Shown here piece after piece: positions 23,798 through 35,933 of a stretch of 64,000 nt of DNA (positions are counted from its first letter, which is position 1; each line of letters starts with the position of its first letter). This stretch comes from Orbicella franksi. Lineage: Eukaryota. The stretch spans positions 11,656,001 through 11,720,000 of the forward strand of contig OZ116702.1 of NCBI GenBank assembly GCA_964199315.1, written 5' to 3'. The translations under genes were made by a program, and so were the position numbers. The notes below the pieces were generated by a model that was not told the origin of the DNA, did not search any database, and worked only from the letters and a program-made list of their open reading frames with translations.

Positions 23798-26700
23798 TCG
23801 TCGGTTGTGGAAATGGGCGCTGAAGCAATAGTTTATTCAACTCTGCCATGGGTATTTAAATAGTCCAACGTGAAACTTATAGCTGGCCCCGGTTGACTTG
23901 CCGTTTCGTTTGGCACATGCTAGGAGCTGCTCATCTTGCTCAGTTTCCCAGCTTGGACACCTCAGCTGGGAAACCTCGACGTTGCACTTGTGTTGGTCGA
24001 TCATTCTTGACACATTGTAAAAGGAAATGTTAAAGTTACCTTAAGTTTATTACAACCAAACCAGACATTTAGTGTTTTTTGATGTGCGAATAGACAATAG
24101 GCTGCATAGCCCGAGTCCATAACAATAATAGCTGGAGCTGCTTGTCTTACCTTGTTGCGTTTCTACCGGTCAAGGGATCTTTGATTTTTCTAACCTAACT
24201 AATTGGTATCATATCAAATGTCGGTCCTAATAGAAACGAAAATCAAATAGGTCTTCTTTCGTTTGTGTGCTGATGTTACTGATCAAATGCTAATCAAGGT
24301 CTATAGCCACTTTAAATCGTGTATTTATCTGCTGGTACTAACATAAACGTAGTCTCGCGCTGATAAGATAGTTGACGTGCTTCCGGTGATGTTATGAATA
24401 AGGCGCCTTCAAGCCCATTTCAAGTCTGGTCGTTCACCGTAACAGGTAGTTATAGCGGATAAAAATTCTCTTTGCTGGCAAACACTTCTCTTTGTGTGGA
24501 ATATGTGGTTTCCTGAATGGCTGTTTCCCCGTCTACCCTACACCATGGTTTATTCCCACACACCATGTTTTATTCCCATACTGAAGGCGTGAATGGGATG
24601 TATCGGGTTTTCTATAATAATGCTGCCGGATTGCTCGTGTTTACAACCCAAACCTTAACGTGATCGAAAAGGAACGATTGTCGTCAACATTGGAATCTAT
24701 TCGTGATATAACATTCACCTGAAGGATCCTGAAGAGGCAGATTCAAGAGTCTTATTTTGTTGCCAAGACTGCACGGTTATCTCCTTAGTGAATTTTGACT
24801 GTTTTTGTTACAGTGAAGGGTAGATTTCTTTTAACGGCCAATACAATCTTCTACAAGTTTTTTCAAGCTATCAATAATAGACATTGTTTTGAGGCGGACT
24901 TAACTGAACACAAATATTTAGCGTGCCAACTGGCGAAGATAAATGTACACCATATTATAGGAATAGAAATATGTTCTTACTATAATACCTGCAACGGGTA
25001 TTGGTTTAGTGGAGGATTGGTTATTTCTTTATCACAGTGAAGCAAATTATTCAGTGCTCTCGCCGTGAACATTTAAAAATAGTGCTACTGCAATAAACTG
25101 CGACCGGTATGAGTCTGAGATTGTAGGTGTTGCAACGTCAATAAAATATATTAATCGTTTGTCTCGCGATGTTAAATCACGGCACGGTTCCCACGGTCAG
25201 GTAAACGTCCAGACGAACAATTTTACTTCTACATTGGGTAAAATACCGCACATTGTCGATTTGGTGAAGGAAATTCCAAAATTCTGTCTCAGCAAAAGGT
25301 CAATAAAGTCAGGGAAATACTTGGGCCCATCTTAAGTTCTCTCAAGCGGAAATGGAAATTGATTTTTTTGGCGCCTTTTGCCAATGAGTTAAGTTTTATT
25401 AGCAGATTATCTATAGCACAGGAAACCAAAAAGACAATGAAGGAAACGATGGAAAGAAAAGTGCTTTCGCCTCTCTCGGCCCTAGAGAAAATTGGTAAGT
25501 CGGAGGGTTGTTTTTCTCTTATGTAATGTATAGGGACCCAGATAAAGATCACGGCGTTTCGATCGTGTACGTTTGATATATGTCATTGTTGAGCTGCAAT
25601 TGGTTGATTTCGATCACGTCTTGATGACCAGTCACCTAGTGAATTTCTTTGTAATTATATCATCATTCTACGCGAATCTGTGTGTTCTTCGACATGCTCT
25701 TTTCTCCTCGCATCCAAACGTTTTATCATCGGTTGTTTGATCATCTTCAGCTCGTTATTCCGTCCTCTGCAGCATCAAATGAAATTTTGTTTTACCGGAT
25801 ATGCGATAGGGCATATAAACTAAATGAGATGCACGTGTCTTCGAAGCTCTGATCTTTCGAAGGAGCCTTGTCCAATACAACCTCATTCCAACGTAAGCAA
25901 CGCAAACCGACGATTCGTCCTTATGAGGTGTAAGTAAACTACATGATTGGTGCGGTATCGCCTAATTTTTAATCCTTTGAATTGCCAAGTTTAATAGCTC
26001 CAACGAAAATACTCTCCATTAATTAGCGAGATAAAATCGTTGTCAATCGATCCTGGTATGGCATTTATTATTCTGCAATTATATTGAGTTCTTTGCGGTT
26101 TGACCTTTACGTTCATTTGGTGGAAAAGCGTGAATTCCTTTTATTCATAGTATCTTGTTAATCGCATTAGCCGAGTGAGCCAACAAAAATGAACATGCTT
26201 TAGGTTTTTAACACACTACACTTGTAGATAATTGAGACTAGTATTGCAGCCGGACATGTATAACGGGGACAACACTGACTGGATGCACAAGGTACACCCA
26301 TTTTTTTTTTTTTTTAATCGCACCATGTATTCGACTACAGGTATTTTAAATGTTTTATTACAAGCATCAAGTTCGACAATAGAAAGTCTTGATTTCATAA
26401 CAAATAAAGGCAATCACCGCCAGCACCTTAATAGCTTGAGCCTTTTAACATAAAGCCACGATAATTAATAGGCGGAGTGTAAAGCAATACAGGTCAGGCT
26501 CAGTATTTCAAATATGCTTCTAATAATAACAATTGACTTATTTTATTTTCTTCACACAAGAGACTATAGTCTCATGGTTCATATCATGAGAAACAGATTT
26601 CTCTCCCTGGCGAGAAGTACACCAAAAGGATGGAAAATAAATTACAACTGGATTTTTTGTTGTCTCGAGAGGATTATATTTTTGAAGTTTCGGCTTTACA

Positions 26701-29183
26701 TTTAGCCACTTTTCAGTGTCAACAAAATAAAAAACCTTAATTACCATCTAATGAGCTAGAAATTACCAAAGTGCTATATATATATACATCTGCGTCAAAA
26801 CATGTCGAGTGCTTTGTTTGTCAGATTTTTTACAAAAATGTCCTCTTTTCTCTGGAAGCAGTACACGCCAATAACTGCTGTTTTGACAAGAACTGTTTAC
26901 GACAGAAGAAATCGCCGTAGAACTTTCTTAGGAGTGACCGTAGGTACGTTGTACGATTATTATCTTGTTTTTCTTTGCTGTAATAAAATCGTCAGTCATA
27001 AGTAGGGCTTTACTGCGCAAAGCTGGGATAAACCTACAATGCTTCAAAGGGATTACCAAAGCACTGCCTTGCCCTCCAGTGGAGCTACTTATGTTGTGCA
27101 GTACGCTTTTTTGATAGTTGTATCAGATGGAAGAAAGCAGTATAAGAGGTTCTTTCAAATACGCTTGAAACAAGAAGGATTAGCAGAACATAACGGCTTA
27201 AAATGCTACTTCCTTCCTTTCTGATGCCGTTGCATTTTCCAAGACAAAAAGTCTCGAAATTTCCGCATAACACCCCTACATAGAAAACGTGATGTTGTAC
27301 CTGACTAAATACGTCATTCAGTGCAATTGAAGGGGCCGCGGCCATCGTCTTTGTGTTGCCGGCATGAAATGGAAGACTAATGGATTATTATTTTGAGCTG
27401 ATGTTCCTAATTACCGATCTTTGCCTGTCCACTTAAGAGTTGTCCAAATACCATTGAACATCCTATCATTTCTAATTTTGTTACTTCTGGAACGGAATGT
27501 AGCAACGTTGTCGGAGAACATGTGATAGAATATAAAACTAATACTTGTCTTTGGTCGTGAGTCGGAATGTAACAAACTAACTAACGATAAAAAATCTGTT
27601 GAATACCCAAATTGTTAAACAGATTAGCACGAAGAAAGTTGCTCGCATTCTGTGGTGTCGTTAATTCCAGTGTAAGGAGTACAAATGTCCCCTTAATAAA
27701 AATGAATTAGCCACATGTAGTATAAGCGATGAATAGTTACATGATGATAACGGCATAAATTATCACTGCTGGCATAAAGCGGCCTGACCTCATCCAGTCA
27801 CTTAAGACTGAACTAGGTTTTATCATATGAGATTTGCAAGAACTAAGAGGAATACTTAACACGTGCGGTCAAGAGCTGAGTAAGTATTTTCACGTTGTTG
27901 TACAGTACATTGTCACAATAATCTTTTGAAGACACACATCGTGCTACCGCTATTGTAATAGTCTTAGGAAGAGCAAAGGTCTAAGTTTTCTTCATGAGAG
28001 GGGCACGTGAACCAAGCGATTTCTACCAGTCTGCCGAGTCCTGCATTTGTCCCTACCAGCAGGATATTCAGTTTTGGGAAAACAGAAAATTTATAACACG
28101 CGACGAATCAATGCATTGGCATATTGTATTTGTTCGTATATCCGAGAGAAGCAATCCTAATCGCTACGCAAACCGTCTCGTGTCGATTTACCAAGCGTTA
28201 GTTCAATTTTTCTTGAGTCTGATCAGTCTTCTTGCTTTGTTACTGCTTTTCTTCAGTCAGATGAGGTTTTGTTTTACTTCTTCGCGTGTTTTACTTTTTT
28301 TGGAAGAACTAACCCTTGTCCATCGTGGTTCTTTTCAGGATTCAGCGTGGCAAAAAAGGGAAAATAAACAAGTCTGCCTTCTTTGAAATCATTATACCCC
28401 GAGGTGAGCGCCAAATTTGGTAATTTCCATTTCTTTTCTTCTTGTTAAATAGGTTAAATATATTTAACCAAATTCACAGTATTCTTTGTCGATATTTGGA
28501 GTTACCAGTTATGTCTCCCACGTGCCGTGCCGATCGCTTTTCAGATATCTTCTTGTTGAACAGAAACCACATGGCAGCAGGAAAGGTTTCTGTAAAACGA
28601 TGCTTAGAATGTTTTCCTCGTGAGAAAGAGCCCTGTACGGGAAGCTATTTTGGGTAAACGTTGGCAACTGAACCTTGTTTGGTGGCTGGAATGTAAAACA
28701 TGATTGTCATATCCAACACAATGTACGAACGATTACACCTAATTATGAAAGGTTTTGTTATGGTAATTTAGCCACAGTAAAAAATTTTTAACTTTGTCGT
28801 CTCTTTATTTAGAACAGTGGGTCGGTGCGTGAGTGAGATGTCAAACTCTACGTTGTTACTAAGTGGATAGTTTAGTGAAATACCAGCGCTCTTGTCATTT
28901 GAATTCATTTTAGCAGTGAGCCTCGCGCAGTAAACATTAACTTGGTGAGTGTGTGTATACTTTATGATTGTTAAATTTTACCTCTAAGTGGTTGTGTTTA
29001 GCAGACTCTTTACTGTCTCGGAATATTCTATAAATATACTCATGCCAAGAGCACGTTGTTGAGTTTTATTATGCCTTCGCTTTTTAAGCGAAAGATGGAA
29101 CTTTCTTTGCATCAGAATTCTTTTTCTCTCTTAGAGGACGAGAAGAAAAAGAAGAAGAAAGGAATTGTCCCAAGTTTACAACA

Positions 29184-32116
29184 ATGGAACTGTCACTGAT
29201 TTACCTGCTTCTTACAGTGATCGAGACAACGTGTAACCCTTTCTGTGAAGCAAGCAACTGGCAGAACCCAAAACTTGCAAAGTGGTATCGCCCGTCTGCA
29301 GTCACGGAAGGCTACACCGAGACTGAAGATGGCACTTTATACTTAAACATTGATGAAGATAGTAACACAGTCCGTGATTTAGCCAAAAAAGTCCTTTCTA
29401 TGCTTAATCTTACCGATGACATTTCGGTGCAAGGGATCTCTTTTACTCAAGTGGACTCCAGTCTTGGAAGGTCGCGAAGGGCGCCGGGGATCTTTGGAAA
29501 GGACACCCGGGTAAACATGCGAGCGTCTCTCGAGGCGCAAATGTATCCGTTCTCCACCGCCGTGATGCTTTCTTCCGGTTGCACTGGCACCCTCATAGGA
29601 GCTCAGCACGTGCTGACGGCCGCACATTGCGTGCGCAGTGGAAAAAGACTGTTAAAGAGTGCTAAAAACTTGAAAGTTGGTAAGTATCTGTCTCTAAATA
29701 TGGCGTTTGATAGAGGAATATTTCGTCTTGCTCAGTGTGGCGATGATATCATGCCAATGATATCTCTTTAGTGTTTTGTTCATTTTAATTTACGTTTCGA
29801 GATTATCGGGACGGTGCGTTATGTCACATATTCTGAACTCGAAAAATCCGTGCGTTATCCCTTTTCACATGGTTATGAATTCCTTGGTGATACAATGGCT
29901 ATCGTTTGCAGAGGTTTCCAGACTGAACTCGACATTACGATGTGTCTGCTTCGTCATTTTTATATATCGGTTTGACAACTGACCACACAGTTTGTCAAGT
30001 GCCTAAAAACGAGCAGTGACTAATCGTAATGTAAAAGAAAATATCTCAAACAAAAATGGTCTTCACTTGACGTTTGTTTTGATTTGCCGTTAATAACGCA
30101 GAACTGTAACACCAAAATAATGTAAGATTATTGAAATTACTAGCCCACTAGTGAGAAACCAAGCGTGCCGTAGGGGCGTTAAGCCAGTAGTAATTAGACG
30201 GTAAATGAAATAAACTCCAGGCATTGGGTATCTTTTCTGTGTGCATTCCACGAACAAAATGAAAAGTGCTTCCTTTGTAAACTGTACGCATTTGTGTTCT
30301 TCAGCTGTTTGTTTGTTTTGGTTTCTTTGATCGTGGTCTTTGTTAAGTGTTTCCGTCAGTTATCAGCGCAAACCTCAAAGTTTTCAAGCATTTCAGCAAT
30401 GCAGAATGTTTCGTGACAAGCGATCGTGCGTGAAAAATGGCAGTCTTAATTCGCTTTTAGATCAATTTTGTTAATGCGAAACCTGTCCTATTGCAACGAG
30501 TGTCAAAATATCAACCACTGCTCAGAGAATTATCATTTTTCGGAGTTTACATTTCAAAGGACAATAGCTTTCATGGTTATTTATTAAACTTATTTAAAAT
30601 GATCTCCGATTAACTTCTTTGAGTAGTAATTTGTCTATGGATGAAAAATCGAGGTCTTGCTATGTTATAGAAGAAAACAAATACTTCTTTCTGTTACGAA
30701 AAAGTTGCCAAGTTACAAATACATCTTCACTATTATGCCCCTCTCACAGAAACGCCTCTGAGGGAGGACGCACTTTCGCCGTCAGAACTATTAAAGATTG
30801 GAACAGTTTACCCCGGTCTTTAAAAACAGAGAAGTCCGTTAAATCGTTTAAGGCTAAATTATGTAATACTATTCTTAACTCTCAGAAAACTAATGGAATT
30901 TTTTAACTCTTATTATTCGTAGTATGTTTGAAATTGTAAGTCCAGTTTATTATTTGTAACCATTTTTAATAGTAACTTAATTAAGTATTTTATTGTAAAT
31001 AATATCGTATTTTAGCATTTTATTGTAAATAATATATTTTTAGCATTCTAATTATTTTAAGCTGAGGGCCCCAAGTTTATCAGTAACTTAAGTTACTGTC
31101 ACGGGTCACTCTCATTAAATAAAGTCTTTCACTTCACTTCACTTCACTGATTAATGGCAATGTACATCTTTATTTAATTCACTTTTGCAACACATCATTT
31201 TCGTTGAAATAAATAGGCCTTTTTTTTCCGCGCTTTCCGCTTAAATTCTCACGATCATTTAAAGAAAATGATATCAAATGGATCTGAAGTCTGTTCAGTG
31301 ATGTTCCTTGTTAACTTGGACTAAAACGAAAGCCTTTGAAGATACATCCGATTAATAAAACGGTGTTCAGACCCATTAATCAGACAGCTGCATGCGCCAC
31401 TTAAAACATTATTCTCGCTAGTACGCTTTCTAAAGAACCTTTCATTCTTACAATTGCTTGTATATACACTGGTAAATTAATTCTTGGATATTGTATGATG
31501 TGTACCTGCAAAACAGTTCTAAAGTTGTGCGTCCTTAATTAAATCAGTGAAAGATTTGGTTTGTAAAAACAGAGTAGTTAACAAATTACTACGTCAATTA
31601 CACGTCATAAATTGATTCCGCATTGATTTCTCAGGCTTGCTTCAACGTTCAGGAAAGTTCCACTGGATCCGCGTGCAAAGAACATATGTGCCCAAAGATT
31701 GGAAGACACAGACCCCGCCAAGAGACAGGCTGAGATACGACTTTGCGGTTTTGAAACTCAAGCGTCAGCACAACAGGCAGCACATGTCCGTGCAGACGAG
31801 CAACCTCCTTCCCGGCTCAAAAATTCAGTTTTCTGGCTTCCACGGTGATAAGTGGTACAACTCGTTATGGTACACGTACTGCCGGGTGTACAGAAAATCG
31901 AATGACATGATTCTCAACTTCTGTGATGGTGCTAAAGGCGTCTCCGGATCGGGAGTTTACGTAGATACTCCTAGTGGTGATGAAAACGCCGTCGTTGGAG
32001 TAGTATCGGCAATAGCCCGAGGAAAGGTCAAAGGCAAAGTGTTGGAGTTCAATGTTATAAATTCCCTTACCAGTACCAAGGTGCGACAGATTTCAAAATG
32101 GGTTACCAGACGCTAA
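29184..32116 (+). CDS. PRSS23: Serine protease 23/35-like (PRSS23 family), 325 aa, secreted, intact catalytic triad
   Basis: Exons 29184-29679 and 31635-32116 (GT-AG, phase 1, 978 nt). Signal-like N-terminus, furin-type RSRR site, then IFGKD.R, YPFSTAVMLSSGCTGTL...HVLTAAHC, KFHWIRVQRTYVPKDW, YDFAVLKL, CD..KGVSGSGVYV. These match the PRSS23 family pattern (YPFST.V.LS.GCTGTL, FQWIRVKRTHVPKGW, GASGSGVYV). Confidence 0.93.
30730..31148 (+). mobile_element. 5'-truncated CR1/L2-clade LINE 3' end inside the PRSS23 intron
   Basis: ORF2 C-terminal motif LLCP..RNASEGGRTFAVRTIKDWNSLP...SVKSFKAKL (F.R.I..WN.LP....S...FK..L), then a 3' UTR, AATAAA at 31118-31123 and a (TTCAC)n tail ending at 31148. Confidence 0.8.
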
Positions 32117-33619
32117 TAAATCAAACTGGCGCCGTCCCAGAGGGCGTAAGCTAATGCTTGAGATGCAGAATGGCCTTCCTCATTGTCACTAGTTTGTCTC
32201 TGTCTACTATAAACAGTATTAAAATGGAACAAAATGACAAAAACATTTATGTTCGCTGTTCACATTCACAAATCACGGAGAAAACATCCAAGGACTTCCA
32301 GCGTCAGCGCAAAGTACTCTTTCTCAGGAACAGTAAAGTAATAATTTGCTTTGCGGAAACCAGTATTAGAACCAAGGAGAAAGGCAGAAATTTGTAGCGT
32401 CGACAATACAGTACTCAGTCATCACACTAACTTTCGTGCCCTGGTGCACACGAGGCCAAATTGACGTTACGTATGTATGTATGCTCATTTTAGTTGGAGG
32501 ATGGTTGTAAATATTAACTTAAAAGTGATATTTATTATTCATGCCGAGGGATAGATGTTTCAGATCTGATCTCGGGTTGTGCTGTATGTAGGTGAATTAG
32601 CAGATGCCGGTGTAAAAAGCTTGAAGAGGTTGGCATATGTAATGAAGATCATCGCTCGACATACCTCTAACTATAAATTTAACATAGTTACAGATTGTAG
32701 GTATATTACAGCCAATTTTGCAAACAGAAGCTGTTCTTCGTCCAGGCCGCGGTAAACGTTTTTATATGACGTGGTGGTTGATAGCCAGTATTATCGTTAC
32801 AAAGCTGTAGGCCTATATCCTTGATCAAATCGGTGGACACAAGGGCTTTTTTTTTTTCGTTTATCCTGAATATGTTTTGAACGTTAACGTTATCTGCTTG
32901 TTCAATGAAACCTAGTAAATTCTAGCACTATTCACCCTGCTTGGAACAGGCATTCTATGTCAGTGTTAACCTTAGTAAGAAAATTTGTAATAAATTACAA
33001 ACTGATTACAACATAAAATGTTCCCTTCGTCTTTATTGACACGGAAAGGAAGTCGAACTGAAGGGACAGTTATGTATTTGTATGCATATATATATATATA
33101 TATCTTTTTTTTTTTTTTTTTTTTTTTTTTTCCAATTTCCCACTCATCTGTGTCCTTTGTTTGCCGTGTGGTGAAACTTGGTTTTTCAATTTAACGTCTA
33201 GTGTTCAATTAAGCAGCGGGAAATTAAAGCCGCCTCCATTATTTACGCCAACTAGACTTCGTAAATGAAATCGTACTAACTCCCTTATTTTCTTTTTCTT
33301 GTTCGGTGTCTTTGGTCCAGTTAACACTTGAAGCTGTAAAGCGAATTATTATTTTTCTCGAGAACGTCGTAAATTTTCACTTACAAATTACTCATTTCCA
33401 ATACCAACATGGAATAATATGCAATACCTTGGCCCTTTTTATTCTCGTGACTTTAACATAAATGCCTCGCATTTAAATTTTGGGAATAGACACAGGAAAT
33501 AATGCTCTTGATTCCTGGTTCGTTAAACAAGTTACAAATATTATTTGATGGATGTTCTAATGACAAGGCCTCAGATGAAAATTGGTTTTCATTAGATTAA
33601 AATGAAGCTCCCATTCTAT

Positions 33620-33650
<31 letters not shown>

Positions 33651-35339
33651 GGTTTAGGAGGTATTTTAATACACTTGTGATAGCATGAAATTGTTACGAT
33701 GACTGAAATCCAGTAGACAAAACACGTAGCTAACAAGCGCTCTGTGTATACGAGATCACACAGAGCCACTTGTTAAATTAACATGTTAATTACGTTGCAG
33801 CGAATGAGCTTTAAGAGCGTGGGAACTCACTATATAAACTTTTGTTTAGCACTTCAGTCAAGGAAAAGCTTGTTTACATTTTCCACTTCAATTGAAAACC
33901 GGGTACTTTGTTTTCGGTTACCAATCTGGAACAAACACCTAAAGGCAAAATTCTTTCTCTTCACCCCCTGCAAAGCGAGAAATGGAGGGATAGATAAGAA
34001 GTTCCTTTTTAGGCCAAGAAAACAACAAGTGGCCTACTCCACAATGGGCCTTAAATGGTGACTTCGACGGAAATTAAACAGCAGTTATGAAATGATGAAA
34101 ACAAACCATGCATGTACTTGTAGAAATTAATTTTTTTCTCCATAAAACTTACTCTGTATCTGTTTTACTGCAATCCTGAAGCCTTGATCTCTACTGTTGA
34201 ATCTTTTGGCCCTGTGACAAAATGATTATCTTCAAATTGTATCGGTTGCCTAGAGCAAGCATCTCATTTTCCCTTTAGAACCATGACTGATTACGTTGTA
34301 CAACCAAAAGCACAGCTAAACTTTATGCTGTAAATTTAACTTTAATCTTGTGCATCTAGCAGTATCACTGATATAGATAATCATTATACATGTAGATGGT
34401 TCTCCTAACTAAAGTAATATAGTGTTTAATAATCACGAGTATTTTTCGAAACAACTGCGTAACATATGGACGTTTGCCGATTTCTTGCAATAAGTCTAAG
34501 TTATGAATGCATCTGCATAATGCTATTTATAAGAAAGCGATAAATCTTCGAGAAGTATCCTTACGTAGACCATGCTAATGGAAAACGCAAAAGGCTTCAT
34601 GAATTCAGTCAATTTGGGTACATTGTCATCGGCATTTGTTGTTATTCTTTTCTGAAATCCAAACATCTTGTCAATACATTCCATGTGCGCCGGGTTACAA
34701 ATTTGGTTAATGACATAACACGGCCAACTTTCGAAAACAAGGCTTTTGCCTTAATGAGGCCACATTTAGCTACCTTAAAGTTATTTCGTTAAATAGGTAA
34801 TTTGATTTATTGTCAAATTCTCTCGCCTGCCCTTGGTGCTTCTATATACGAACCTTGGTGAGCCTATAAACGGCTTGTGTCTCCTGAACTGATGCAAATA
34901 AAGTGAGGAAACTAAAACATTTCAAATGTCTATGAACCCTGGATTATAAGTTGTATATTCTTTGGATTTTTCTCTGTTTTTTGCTTTCGTTACAATGGGC
35001 ACATTTGAAGAAAGTAAAGCAAAGAATAAAGCGACTTATTTTGCTAAAGCAGCCCAACATACCTCCAGTTTTGGCCACCATGCATCTCAGTGAACCTCCT
35101 GAACGTCCGCTACTTAAAAGAACGCCTGAGTTACCCTGCCCCTTTCATGACCCTAGTCAAAACTAATTTTATGGTCATTGAAGTAGCTCGGGTAGCTTAA
35201 TCTGCAGTTACATATGCAGTCATGAGCAAACCCACACCTTTAACCGTTCCTTAACTGGTTTGTTTTCATACCATGCACTCAGCGAACAAGGGAATCCCAA
35301 GGCATGGCCACGGCCTTGGCAATTATCATGATTAGATGC

Positions 35340-35933
35340 TCAACTGGACACAAATTGGAAAATCATTTCCAATGATTTACTTCTATTATTGGCAAGTGAA
35401 GTTGAGGTATCTTCTTTTGTTTGGAAAACATGTCGAGAATTCAGATCAAATGGGTTGACGCAATGTAAGGAATTCGTCCAAGGAGGTATTTGCAAGCTCG
35501 CATTTACAAGACCTTTCGGGAATGTCCTGAGGATCGTAACACCAGAATACTGAAGGAGTTTTGTCTCAACCGAAATCGTGGTCAAACCGTAAAGTTCTTC
35601 TCCAGATGTATGGCAAGTTACTTCTCTGACAGTGAAATGGGATATAAACATGACCGATAGCGGAATTAACGCATTTTGGTGGTTCGCACTCGTGACAATT
35701 GCAAGAAACAACTTACAATGATTTTGCAACTCTAGGGGGTTGTATTTTGGAGCTTGATCAACACTGAAAAATCGCAAGGAGAGAAAATCTGCCGGACGAA
35801 GTTCTATGCCCTTTTTATTTTGACTGGAGTTCGAGTCTGATAACCAAGCAGGAGCGCCAAAAACATCACGAATCCCTACCGATGTATACAGAATACCTAG
35901 CACAGAGATTTCCGACTTGGTGCAAGACTTCAA
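35340..35933 (-). other. Unassigned 197-codon open frame (TTG start) inside a ~2-kb coding-like but disrupted tract
   Basis: Longest ORF in the window that is not part of, or antisense to, a modelled gene. No recognisable domain or clean splice model. Confidence 0.2.

Noticed and set aside
12022-29627. Minus-strand and off-frame ORFs overlapping CUB, discoidin, protease and PRSS23 exons (e.g. 12022-12315, 13021-13254, 13961-14317, 16841-17224, 23513-23788, 29379-29627)
   Set aside because: Antisense or alternate-frame shadows of real GC-richer exons.
35340-35933. Faint resemblance of the ORF (YGL..I..L..S..L..P..VN.A.L..P) to the last LRR/hinge of glycoprotein-hormone receptors next to the cystine-knot ligand
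   Set aside because: It lacks the invariant HCC and proper LxxLxLxxN repeats, and the spacing of putative TM motifs downstream does not fit. Most likely pattern over-reading; left as an unassigned ORF.
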